This document shows positions 15,957-24,106 of a DNA stretch of 32,000 nt, in pieces. Numbering within the stretch: the first letter of the stretch is position 1; every line of letters starts with the position of its first letter. The DNA is taken from positions 330,001-362,000 of the forward strand of contig NC_003276.1 of NCBI RefSeq assembly GCF_000009705.1, read 5' to 3'. The translations under genes and the position numbers were made by a program. The notes beneath the pieces were generated by a model, which saw nothing but the letters and a program-made list of their open reading frames with translations, was not told where the DNA came from and did not search any database. The DNA comes from Nostoc sp. PCC 7120 = FACHB-418. GTDB taxonomy: Bacteria; Cyanobacteriota; Cyanobacteriia; Cyanobacteriales; Nostocaceae.

Positions 15957-18873
15957 CTTGTTGTTGATATAGGCAGTAGTAATAACCTTTACGTGCCATT
16001 AATTCTTCATGAGTGCCTTGTTCTACTACAGCACCTTGTTCCATCATGAGAATGATGTTGGCATGGCGAATTGTGCTGAGGCGATGTGTGATGAAAAATA
16101 CTGTTTTTCCTTGAAATGCTGTTGCCAGATTACGGCCAACTTGGGCTTCGGCGTTGTAGTCTAAGGCGCTGGTGGCTTCATCAAGGATAAGTAATTGGGG
16201 GTTTTGGAGGACGGTACGAGCGATCGCAATTCTTTGGCGTTGTCCCCCAGAAAGCCCCGAACCACGTTCGCCTACACGGGTATTGTAGCCGATTGGCAAG
16301 TCCATAATAAAGTCGTGGGCAAATGCTACCTTTGCGGCGGCAATAATTTCTTCATCACTGGCTTCGGAACTTCCCAAGGCAATGTTTTCCCGCACTGTCC
16401 CGTCAAATAATAAGGTATCTTGTAACACCATTCCAATTTGACGGCGTAAGGAATAAAGTTCAACCTTGGCGATATCATAGCCATCAATCAAGATTTTGCC
16501 AGATTTGGGTTCGTAAAGGCGCGGTAGTAATTTTAGCAATGTACTTTTACCAGAACCGCTTTGTCCAACAATGCCAATAAAAGAGCCAGCCGGGAAATCT
16601 AAGTTAATATTGGAAAGTTGTAATGGCCCGTGTTCCAAGAAGCTGAAACTGAGATTTTCATACCGGACATTACCTTGAATGCTAGGCATGAGAATATTTT
16701 GTGTCTCTGTTTCTGTTTCTTGAGGAGAATCTAAAATTTCAGCAAGGCGTTGCAGAGATAAAGCTGTTTCTTGGAAGTTCTGCCATAGTTGCATTAAGCG
16801 TAATAGTGGACTAGTTACATAACCTGCAAGGATGCGGAAGGCGATGAGTTGTCCTAGAGTGAGTTGTTGATTGAGGACGAGATAAGCACCTACCCACAGC
16901 ACTAACATACTGGAAAACTTGTTAAGAAAGCTGCTAAAAGAACTAGCAGTAGTTTGAGTAGAGACTGTTTTGAAACCAGCGCTGATATAACGAGCATAAC
17001 GTTCTTGCCATTGCCAACGCGATCGCATTTCTAAATTTTGCGCCTTGACTGTCTGCATCCCTCCCATCACTTCTACTAAGTAAGATTGAGTTTCAGCATT
17101 GCGTTCGGCTTTTTCTTGTAATTGTCGCCGCATTAAAGGCGATACTATCAAGTTAAGCAAGCCAAACAAGGGTACTGTTACCAATGCTACTAAGGTGAGA
17201 ATTGGGCTATAAAATGCCATAACCACAATGTAGACTACAGAAAACACTGCATCCATCACCACAGTTAGGGCTGTACCAGTCAAAAAAGAACGGATATTTT
17301 CTAATTCGTGAATGCGCGTTGCCAATTCCCCCACAGGGTGACGCTCAAAATAAGATAATGGCAGACGCAACAAGTGGTTAATTACCTCTGAACCCAGAGA
17401 AAGATCAATGCGGTTAGTGGTATCCACAAATAAATGAGTGCGAACTGTGGTAAGTATGGCTTCAATTACCGCTATTACGAGCAAAAATATCCCAAAAACT
17501 TCCAAAGTATCAGGGCTATTACCAACTAATACTTTATCAATAATTACTTGTGTGACTAAAGGATTTACCAGCCCGAAAATTTGAATGACAATCGAAGCAA
17601 TTAGCACTTCAATAAGTACTTTACGATGGCGTTTGATTGCAGGTACAAACCAACTCAAATTAAACCGCGACTTGGGAGTATTTTTAGTAGTTTGCAGGAG
17701 CAAAACTTCTCCTTCTTGTCCCCAGTTTTCAGCAAAGTCTTGCAATTTGTAGCGCAACAGCCCCATCTCTGGAACAGCAACAAGTAACTCTTGATTGCTA
17801 TTTTTGTAAATAATTGCAAAACTATCTTGCCAAGCAATCATTATTGGTAATTGCAAGCGACTAAGCGCAACGGCGGGAACTTTCACCATTTGCGTTGTTA
17901 ATCCCATTAATTCTGCGGCGGCTGCACAAAATTGTAGAGATATACTACCTTTGTGTTCCTGTTGCTTTGTCAGAACTCGCCGCAATACATCTCGACGCAA
18001 GGGGATATTAAAGTACTGACTCAACATGACAAAGCAAGCTAAAGTACCATCTAACGGGCCTCTACCTCGACAATAAGGATACTTCTTTTGTTTAACTTGG
18101 GTGCTTGATTCCTCTGTAATGGTAATTTCGGAAGCGTAGGGAATCTCTGTGGGTAAAAGTGTTGTAGATGTGGGATTTTCTCCAAATAAAGACTTCGGTA
18201 ACCCCACTACACGCATATTTGTATTAAATTTCAACGTGGGATTAACATCATCTAATTCTAGGCGACTTCCTACAGAAAATTCTGGATTAAAATTACTACT
18301 GACTAACCATAATAATTCTGAATCTAATTGGTTGTGAGATATTTTACGTGCGGGGAATGTTTGAATAACAGCTGCTTCCGTTGCAGCTTGAGCAAGTTTA
18401 ACTAAATTTTTGCTCCCATCTGCGCGACGGTTGAGTTCTTCTGTGAGCAGTTCGTATACTTCTAAAAGTGTAATCTGCTGATGCAAGGCTTGAGTAAAAG
18501 CTGACTCTTGCTTGAGTAATGCTTGAAAATCAGCAATGGGTAGATTAATCGTGATAACTTCAGTAGAAGCGATCGCGGTTTCACAAGCAATCCCCCGCAC
18601 ATAACTTAACCAACCCAAAACCTCACCTGGTGAAAGCAGCTTAAGTGTCACAGGATTCGGTTTGTGAGCATTATAGCCTAACAGTCGAGCTTGCCCTTCA
18701 TAGATAATACTAATTTGAGCAGGCATAGCTTCTTGAGTCACTATCACCTGTCCAATACGGTAGCGTAAAAATTTCGCCTTACTGAGCCAACTTTCTAAAA
18801 TACTTTCTGGCAAGTTATTGAATGGAAACAAGTTTGCAATTAATTCTTGAAGATTTACTGTTGTATTTGTCAT
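15946..18873 (-). CDS. ABC exporter with an N-terminal cyclic-nucleotide-binding-like domain and a C39-peptidase-like domain (bacteriocin/T1SS type)
   Basis: Residues ~20-130 are CAP/cNMP-like (IGQVIVTQEAMPAQISIIYEGQARLL...LSPGEVLGW). A C39-like domain follows (YCRGRGPLDGTLACFVMLSQYFNIPL...PIMIAWQDSFAIIY). There are six TM helices. The NBD has Walker A GQSGSGKST, signature LSGGQRQRIA and Walker B LLILDEATSALD. Confidence 0.9.
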   Translation of the reverse strand: MTNTTVNLQELIANLFPFNNLPESILESWLSKAKFLRYRIGQVIVTQEAMPAQISIIYEGQARLLGYNAHKPNPVTLKLLSPGEVLGWLSYVRGIACETAIASTEVITINLPIADFQALLKQESAFTQALHQQITLLEVYELLTEELNRRADGSKNLVKLAQAATEAAVIQTFPARKISHNQLDSELLWLVSSNFNPEFSVGSRLELDDVNPTLKFNTNMRVVGLPKSLFGENPTSTTLLPTEIPYASEITITEESSTQVKQKKYPYCRGRGPLDGTLACFVMLSQYFNIPLRRDVLRRVLTKQQEHKGSISLQFCAAAAELMGLTTQMVKVPAVALSRLQLPIMIAWQDSFAIIYKNSNQELLVAVPEMGLLRYKLQDFAENWGQEGEVLLLQTTKNTPKSRFNLSWFVPAIKRHRKVLIEVLIASIVIQIFGLVNPLVTQVIIDKVLVGNSPDTLEVFGIFLLVIAVIEAILTTVRTHLFVDTTNRIDLSLGSEVINHLLRLPLSYFERHPVGELATRIHELENIRSFLTGTALTVVMDAVFSVVYIVVMAFYSPILTLVALVTVPLFGLLNLIVSPLMRRQLQEKAERNAETQSYLVEVMGGMQTVKAQNLEMRSRWQWQERYARYISAGFKTVSTQTTASSFSSFLNKFSSMLVLWVGAYLVLNQQLTLGQLIAFRILAGYVTSPLLRLMQLWQNFQETALSLQRLAEILDSPQETETETQNILMPSIQGNVRYENLSFSFLEHGPLQLSNINLDFPAGSFIGIVGQSGSGKSTLLKLLPRLYEPKSGKILIDGYDIAKVELYSLRRQIGMVLQDTLLFDGTVRENIALGSSEASDEEIIAAAKVAFAHDFIMDLPIGYNTRVGERGSGLSGGQRQRIAIARTVLQNPQLLILDEATSALDYNAEAQVGRNLATAFQGKTVFFITHRLSTIRHANIILMMEQGAVVEQGTHEELMARKGYYYCLYQQQETR

Positions 18874-18935
18874 CTCTTACTTTGCATCTTTTGCAGTTAG
18901 TTTCTTTACTATTCCAAATTCTATTTGACAGACTA

Positions 18936-19727
18936 CTAAGCCATTTCTTGCACCTGGTCAGATTTAGGATTAATTCCCATCCAGATTTTCTCTTCTGGCG
19001 ACAATTGATTTAATTGTTGTTGAAACCAATCTTCAAAATTTTCTTGCAGCAATCTTTGGCGCATAAAATCGTCTAACTGGGCAGGAATTAGTTTTTCTAC
19101 ACGCACAATTACCCATGTATTTCCAAAAGCTACGGGTGGTTGAACAACACCAACTTGGCTTGTGTAAAGTAGTTGAGCAAAATTCGGAGTAATACTACCA
19201 AGTTCTACTGGGCCAATAATGCCGCCTCTATCAGCTTCTGCACCTTGAGAATATTTTCGCGCCAGTTCAGCAAAAGAATCTTCTCCTTCTGCTATTCTGA
19301 AGAATAACTCATTGACAACGCTCTTATTTTCAGTTTGAATTAAAGAATAAATAACTCGATCTAAATATTTTTTGCGTTTAAGAAAGTAAGATTCTAGCTG
19401 ATGTCTCCAATTTATTTGTTTGAACTTTTCTACTCTCAGCTTTCGGGTTGCTAAAAGTTTTAATTTTTCCGCATTCAAACCATAACGTAAGCACCAATCT
19501 TTGATTTTTTCTGCGGTTGTCAAATCCCAATGCTGATAAAATTGATCTAGAGCATGAGATATTTCTGCTTGTGTGCAGGTGATTGGTGCAATAGCAGATT
19601 CGATTATCCTCTGTGATAACAATTGCGGAATCAGGTTGTAACTAGCTAAAAAAGGGATAATTTCTTTAGGTATATTGGCATAATCTAACTCAGGTATTGC
19701 GCTGCTTATTTGTAAAACTTTACTCAT
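18936..19727 (-). CDS. Parvulin-type peptidyl-prolyl cis-trans isomerase (PrsA/SurA-like)
   Basis: C-terminal rotamase domain: FAELARKYSQGAEADRGGIIGPVELGSITPNFAQLLYTSQVGVVQPPVAFGNTWVIVRVEK. The gene ends 62 nt upstream of, and is co-oriented with, the ABC exporter gene. Confidence 0.8.
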   Translation of the reverse strand: MSKVLQISSAIPELDYANIPKEIIPFLASYNLIPQLLSQRIIESAIAPITCTQAEISHALDQFYQHWDLTTAEKIKDWCLRYGLNAEKLKLLATRKLRVEKFKQINWRHQLESYFLKRKKYLDRVIYSLIQTENKSVVNELFFRIAEGEDSFAELARKYSQGAEADRGGIIGPVELGSITPNFAQLLYTSQVGVVQPPVAFGNTWVIVRVEKLIPAQLDDFMRQRLLQENFEDWFQQQLNQLSPEEKIWMGINPKSDQVQEMA

Positions 19728-19770
19728 ATTTGTAGAAATATTTAATCCGTGTAGTTATAAAATTTAGAAA

Positions 19771-19956
19771 TGCAAGCGGCAAAGTTCAGGTAGAGTTCTG
19801 TACCGCTTGCAACATTTGCATACAGCGCTTCCGGCTATTATGCAATACAGTTTTTCTCCTGACCCGCTCCTATCAAAGCTTTCAGAGTTGAGGATGTACC
19901 TCATAGCTGCCGGAAGTGCTGTAATCTTGAAAGCATTGCTGTGCAATGCTTTCAAG
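19771..19956. other. Highly structured intergenic element (three stems) between the PPC-repeat gene and the PPIase gene
   Basis: Stem 1 is TGCAAGCGG / CCGCTTGCA (19771-19779 / 19803-19811). Stem 2 is GCGCTTCCGGC / GCCGGAAGTGC (19825-19835 / 19909-19919), 11 bp with one mismatch. Stem 3 is a perfect 14-bp hairpin CTTGAAAGCATTGC-TGT-GCAATGCTTTCAAG (19926-19956). Confidence 0.45.
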
Positions 19957-19971
19957 TACCACTTACCAGTA

Positions 19972-20712
19972 TTAAGCAAATGGGGTGGTGAAGTGGTCAA
20001 AAGTCAAAGTGTAGCCAGTCCGTCCACTGAATTGATTGACTTGCAAGAAGTAGTCACCTGATTGGTTAATGTTAGAAATTATATCCGGCGTGATACCACC
20101 TTTAGTAGAACGTGCAATTTCCTCATTTGCATCAACAATCCGATTGTTATTAAAATCCCGAATCAATCGAATGTCAGCATCACCATTTAGGAGTCCGTTC
20201 AGTGTAATGTTGACACCCTCAAAATCCCCCAGGGAGAACTGGTAAGTATCTGCGGTGTCGAAGTCACCCACAATATTAGAGCGACTAACATCACCTGACA
20301 AGTTGCCAAGTTCAAATTCTCTAGGCAAAAGATTACTAAAACCAGATGTTGAATTGGGTGCAGTCGCAGACACAGCAAAATCGTAACTTATAGTGCCTGA
20401 ACTAGCAGCACCGCGAATGACTTGGGCAAAATAAGTCCCTGCATTTTCCTGATTATTGATAGACTCGTCTCTGTTGCTAGACCTAGCGGACAAATCAACC
20501 GATTGGTCATTGGCATCAAAAATCCCGTTACCGTTGTCTCGAAAAAGTAACAGTTCGGGATCACCAACGCTGATATCTGTCACAGACAAATTGAGATTTC
20601 TGGTACTGGTGGTTCTAAACTTAAAAACATCAGTGGTATCAGATGTAGTTAAAGTGAAGTTGTTTCTGAGAACAGGCGTGCTGCCTATTGTACCAAGATC
20701 AAAAGTAGCCAT
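19972..20712 (-). CDS. Tandem PPC (pre-peptidase C-terminal)-like domain protein without a signal peptide
   Basis: Two ~110-aa repeats have the PPC pattern: DTTDVFKFRT...DPELLLFRDNGNGIFDANDQ...AGTYFAQV...YDFAV and DTADTYQFSL...DADIRLIRDFNNNRIVDANEE...GDYFLQVNQ...YTLTF. The N-terminus MATFDLGTIG has no hydrophobic leader. Confidence 0.6.
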   Translation of the reverse strand: MATFDLGTIGSTPVLRNNFTLTTSDTTDVFKFRTTSTRNLNLSVTDISVGDPELLLFRDNGNGIFDANDQSVDLSARSSNRDESINNQENAGTYFAQVIRGAASSGTISYDFAVSATAPNSTSGFSNLLPREFELGNLSGDVSRSNIVGDFDTADTYQFSLGDFEGVNITLNGLLNGDADIRLIRDFNNNRIVDANEEIARSTKGGITPDIISNINQSGDYFLQVNQFSGRTGYTLTFDHFTTPFA

Positions 20713-21071
20713 TTTTTCCTTTAGTTAGAGTTTTGATAGTAATGTAGTCAAGTTAAGAGCAGCAGATGTAATTTTTTGTCTGGATTACAGCACAAAATCA
20801 CCTGCAATTTAATTTCAGAATTTGAGAACGCAACAAGTAAGGTGAAGACTGTTTAGTATGAGTTTTTGGGAACTCATATTATCCTCAGCAATTAGTTGTC
20901 ACACTTATCCATACGTGGGATATTTAGGTCTATGCAAAATTCAGCAAAAAAATTGCTGAATTAGTCAAAAGTCTATTGAGAGCATCACAATGTCCGCATT
21001 GATTCAGAAGTCAGCAGGCTTGTTCTCAATAAAGGTAAACAGCAGTTAACTAGCTAAAGTGAAAGAGTAGA

Positions 21072-23678
21072 ATGTCGAACGCCTTCCCTTTATTTCGGTA
21101 TCTCCTGCTATTACTAATCACAGCATTTATTTTTGTTACCGTTTCACCTGTCTTAAAACCATCTCATGCAGTTGATTTGCCAATTGAGCATTTTGATAGA
21201 TCAGAAAAACGCTTAAAAGATTCACTACAACAAGGAAAAGCACTATATGAAGCAGGAAGATTAGTAGAAGCGCAACAGCTTTTGCAGAAGGTCTTTCAAG
21301 AATACCAAGCATTGGGAGATAAGCTTAGACAAGCGGTGACGCTAAGTAATCTTGCCTTGGTTTATCAGCAGCGTGGGATGTTTACCGAAGCAAATACGGC
21401 AATCAATGACAGTTTGCAACTGCTAGGTACTCAGAACTCAAAACAATACTTGCACGTTCTTGCTCAAACGCTGGAAATTAAAGGGAGTATACAGTTAGAG
21501 CAAGGACAAGCTCAACAGGCATTACAAACTTGGCAATTAGCTGAGGCGGAATATATTGCAAGTAGTGATGTCTACGACGAGCTACACCAACGCACTGCCA
21601 TCAACCACAGTCGCATTAATCAAGCACAGGCATTGCAGGTACTAGGATTCTACCGTCGTGCTTTAACAATGTTGACTCAAGTCAGCCAAAATTTACAATC
21701 TCAACCAGATTCGTTAACCAAAGTTATAGAATTGCGATCGCTGGGAGATGTACTCCAATTAACTGGAGATTTAAAAAAATCTAGTGAAGTTTTACAACAA
21801 AGCTTACAAACTGCTGAGAAATTGCAATCCCTTCGGGAGATCGCTGCAACATTCCTCAGTTTAGGCAATACTGCTAGAATTGCGGAAGATTATGAAAGTG
21901 CGATCGCTTTTTATCAACAAGCGATCGCGAAAACTCCTTCATCTCTTACCAAAGTCCAGGCGCAAATCAATCTTTTGACTATCCTAGTCAATACACAACA
22001 GTGGAAAATTGCACAACCTCTGTTAAAGCAAATTCCTACTGAGCTAGATAATTTACCACTCTCTCAAGTAGCAGTTTATGCCAGAATTCATTTTGCTCAG
22101 AGCTTGATGAAACAGCAATTTATCAATGAGTCAAAAGAATCTGCGGCTAAAATGCTCGCCAAAACAACAAAACTAGCACAAGCACTTGGTGATAGACGAG
22201 CAGAATCTTACGCCCTTGGAACTCTGGGAAAGCTGTATGAACAGGACAAACAGTGGTTAAATGCCCAAAATTTGACACAGCAAGCACTTAAGTTAGCTGA
22301 ATCTGTAAATGCACCGGATATCGCCTACAACTGGCATTGGCAGCTAGGACGCTTGTTAAAACAGCAGGGAGATACCAAAGGTGCGATCGCAGCTTATGAT
22401 GATGCTGTTAATGAGTTACAGGCTCTTAGAAATGACCTTGTTGGAGTTAATCGAGATGTAGAATTTTCATTTAAGGAAAGTGTAGAACCTATTTATCGTG
22501 AATCAGTAGCATTACTTTTATCGCCAGGAGATCAAAGTGAACAAACATTAGATAAAGCACGCCAGCGAATTGAAGCACTTCAATTAGCAGATTTAGATAA
22601 CTTTTTTCGGGAAGCTTGCTTAAATGTCACAAAGGTTGTGTTAGATGAAGTAGTAGATAGAGATAATCCTACAACCGCCGTTATTTATCCAATTATTCTG
22701 CCAGAAAAATTACAAGTCATTGTCAAAATTCCCAAGCAACCTTTGCGACGCTACTCAGTAAATAAATCTCAAATTGAAGTAGAAAAAACTTTAGGTCAAC
22801 TGCGGCAGTATTTGACTGAACCAGACAGAATCGAGGAAGTTAAAATACTTTCTCTGCAAGTATATAGTTGGTTGATTCAACCAATCGAGTCTGAGTTACA
22901 ACATAGGAATGTTAATACTTTAGTTTTTGTATTGGATGGTGCATTGCGAAATGTACCAATGGCAGCATTATATGATGGAAGACAATATTTAGTTGAGAAA
23001 TATGCTGTTGCTTTAAATCTGGGATTGCAATTACAAAAACCCAAACCTTTAGCACAAGAAAATTTACAGATTCTTGCTGGAGGATTGGTACAACCGCCAT
23101 CCCAATTTCGACAATTTCCGCCTTTACCAGAAATTAAATCTGAGTTTAACTTGATTGCCAAAGCAGGGGTAGTAACCACAGAACTTTTAGATCGAGATTT
23201 CACAAGTAAGGCATTAACAGGAAAGATTAGCTCTATTCCATTTAATGTTGTTCATCTGGCAACTCACGGACAGTTTAGTTCTCGTCCTGAAGATACATTT
23301 ATTTTGGCGATGGATGGGCCAATTAATGTTACTGATTTTGATTTGCTGTTACGCCGTCGTGATGAAACATACTTACAACCTTTAGAACTTCTTGTCTTAA
23401 GTGCTTGTCAGACAGCAGAAGGCGATAATCGGGCAACACTGGGTTTAGCAGGGGTTGCTGTGCGTGCAGGTGCAAGGAGTACAATGGCAAGTCTATGGAA
23501 TGTTGGTGATCGCTCCACTGCAATTTTAGTAGGTGAGTTTTATCGTGAGTTAGTTTCTGCCAAAGTTACAAAAGCAGAAGCTCTGCGTCGCGCTCAAGTA
23601 ACCCTTTTACAAAAGTATCCAAACTACAGCCGCCCAGGGTATTGGGCTGCTTATGTTCTCGTTGGTAACTGGTTGTAA
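21072..23678 (+). CDS. TPR-repeat CHAT-domain protein with an N-terminal signal peptide or anchor
   Basis: N-terminus MSNAFPLFRYLLLLLITAFIFVTVSPVLKPSHA/VD. About 450 aa of TPR-like repeats (e.g. ALYEAGRLVEAQQLLQKV, LSNLALVYQQRGMFTEA, AIAFYQQAI, AIAAYDDAV). C-terminal CHAT domain with the His context VVHLATHGQFS and the Cys context LLVLSACQTAEGD. Confidence 0.85.
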   Translation: MSNAFPLFRYLLLLLITAFIFVTVSPVLKPSHAVDLPIEHFDRSEKRLKDSLQQGKALYEAGRLVEAQQLLQKVFQEYQALGDKLRQAVTLSNLALVYQQRGMFTEANTAINDSLQLLGTQNSKQYLHVLAQTLEIKGSIQLEQGQAQQALQTWQLAEAEYIASSDVYDELHQRTAINHSRINQAQALQVLGFYRRALTMLTQVSQNLQSQPDSLTKVIELRSLGDVLQLTGDLKKSSEVLQQSLQTAEKLQSLREIAATFLSLGNTARIAEDYESAIAFYQQAIAKTPSSLTKVQAQINLLTILVNTQQWKIAQPLLKQIPTELDNLPLSQVAVYARIHFAQSLMKQQFINESKESAAKMLAKTTKLAQALGDRRAESYALGTLGKLYEQDKQWLNAQNLTQQALKLAESVNAPDIAYNWHWQLGRLLKQQGDTKGAIAAYDDAVNELQALRNDLVGVNRDVEFSFKESVEPIYRESVALLLSPGDQSEQTLDKARQRIEALQLADLDNFFREACLNVTKVVLDEVVDRDNPTTAVIYPIILPEKLQVIVKIPKQPLRRYSVNKSQIEVEKTLGQLRQYLTEPDRIEEVKILSLQVYSWLIQPIESELQHRNVNTLVFVLDGALRNVPMAALYDGRQYLVEKYAVALNLGLQLQKPKPLAQENLQILAGGLVQPPSQFRQFPPLPEIKSEFNLIAKAGVVTTELLDRDFTSKALTGKISSIPFNVVHLATHGQFSSRPEDTFILAMDGPINVTDFDLLLRRRDETYLQPLELLVLSACQTAEGDNRATLGLAGVAVRAGARSTMASLWNVGDRSTAILVGEFYRELVSAKVTKAEALRRAQVTLLQKYPNYSRPGYWAAYVLVGNWL

Positions 23679-23902
23679 GTAAATGGCATACTGTTTTCAC
23701 CTGTTCCACAAATCAGATATGACTAGCTTACCCTGAAATTGTGGTCGATAATAAAGGTGGCTGCTGAGGTATGGTGAGTCATATGAAAGTTCAGTTAGAG
23801 ACTATTTATAAAGTAAATCTTAAGCAGACTTTTCCCCTTAAGTCTGGAAACATGGATATAGTAAGGGTTTAAGTCCACAAGTATATTACCAATAAAAGAC
23901 GT

Positions 23903-24106
23903 TTAACTAAATTGCCGTAAGTCCTCCACTGAACCTGATAAGGTCAGTGGTGGGATATAAGGCGGGCTGACATCCGTTGCATCTACGCCACTATTTCTTA
24001 AGTAAGTGGCTAATTGATTAGCCACATCCCGCGTGTTGGCATATTTATATGATGCGGCCGCCCTGATGTCACCGCTAGTAGGGACTTGGAGCAGGTTCTC
24101 CCACAC
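23903..24106 (-). CDS. Hypothetical 67-aa ORF in the G+C-rich island (possibly a gene fragment)
   Basis: Supported only by the open reading frame and by a composition similar to the adjacent cupin gene. It overlaps the cupin 3' end by 32 nt. I recognise no motifs with confidence. Confidence 0.25.
   Translation of the reverse strand: MWENLLQVPTSGDIRAAASYKYANTRDVANQLATYLRNSGVDATDVSPPYIPPLTLSGSVEDLRQFS

Noticed and set aside
19807-20061. 84-aa plus-strand ORF and the full 78-aa minus-strand ORF (19764-20000) in the PPC/PPIase gap
   Set aside because: They mutually overlap, overlap the PPC gene's 3' end, and coincide with three strong palindromic stems. Open frames on both strands are typical of palindromic sequence. 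Only the shorter ATG-initiated 46-aa version is kept, as a low-confidence alternative.
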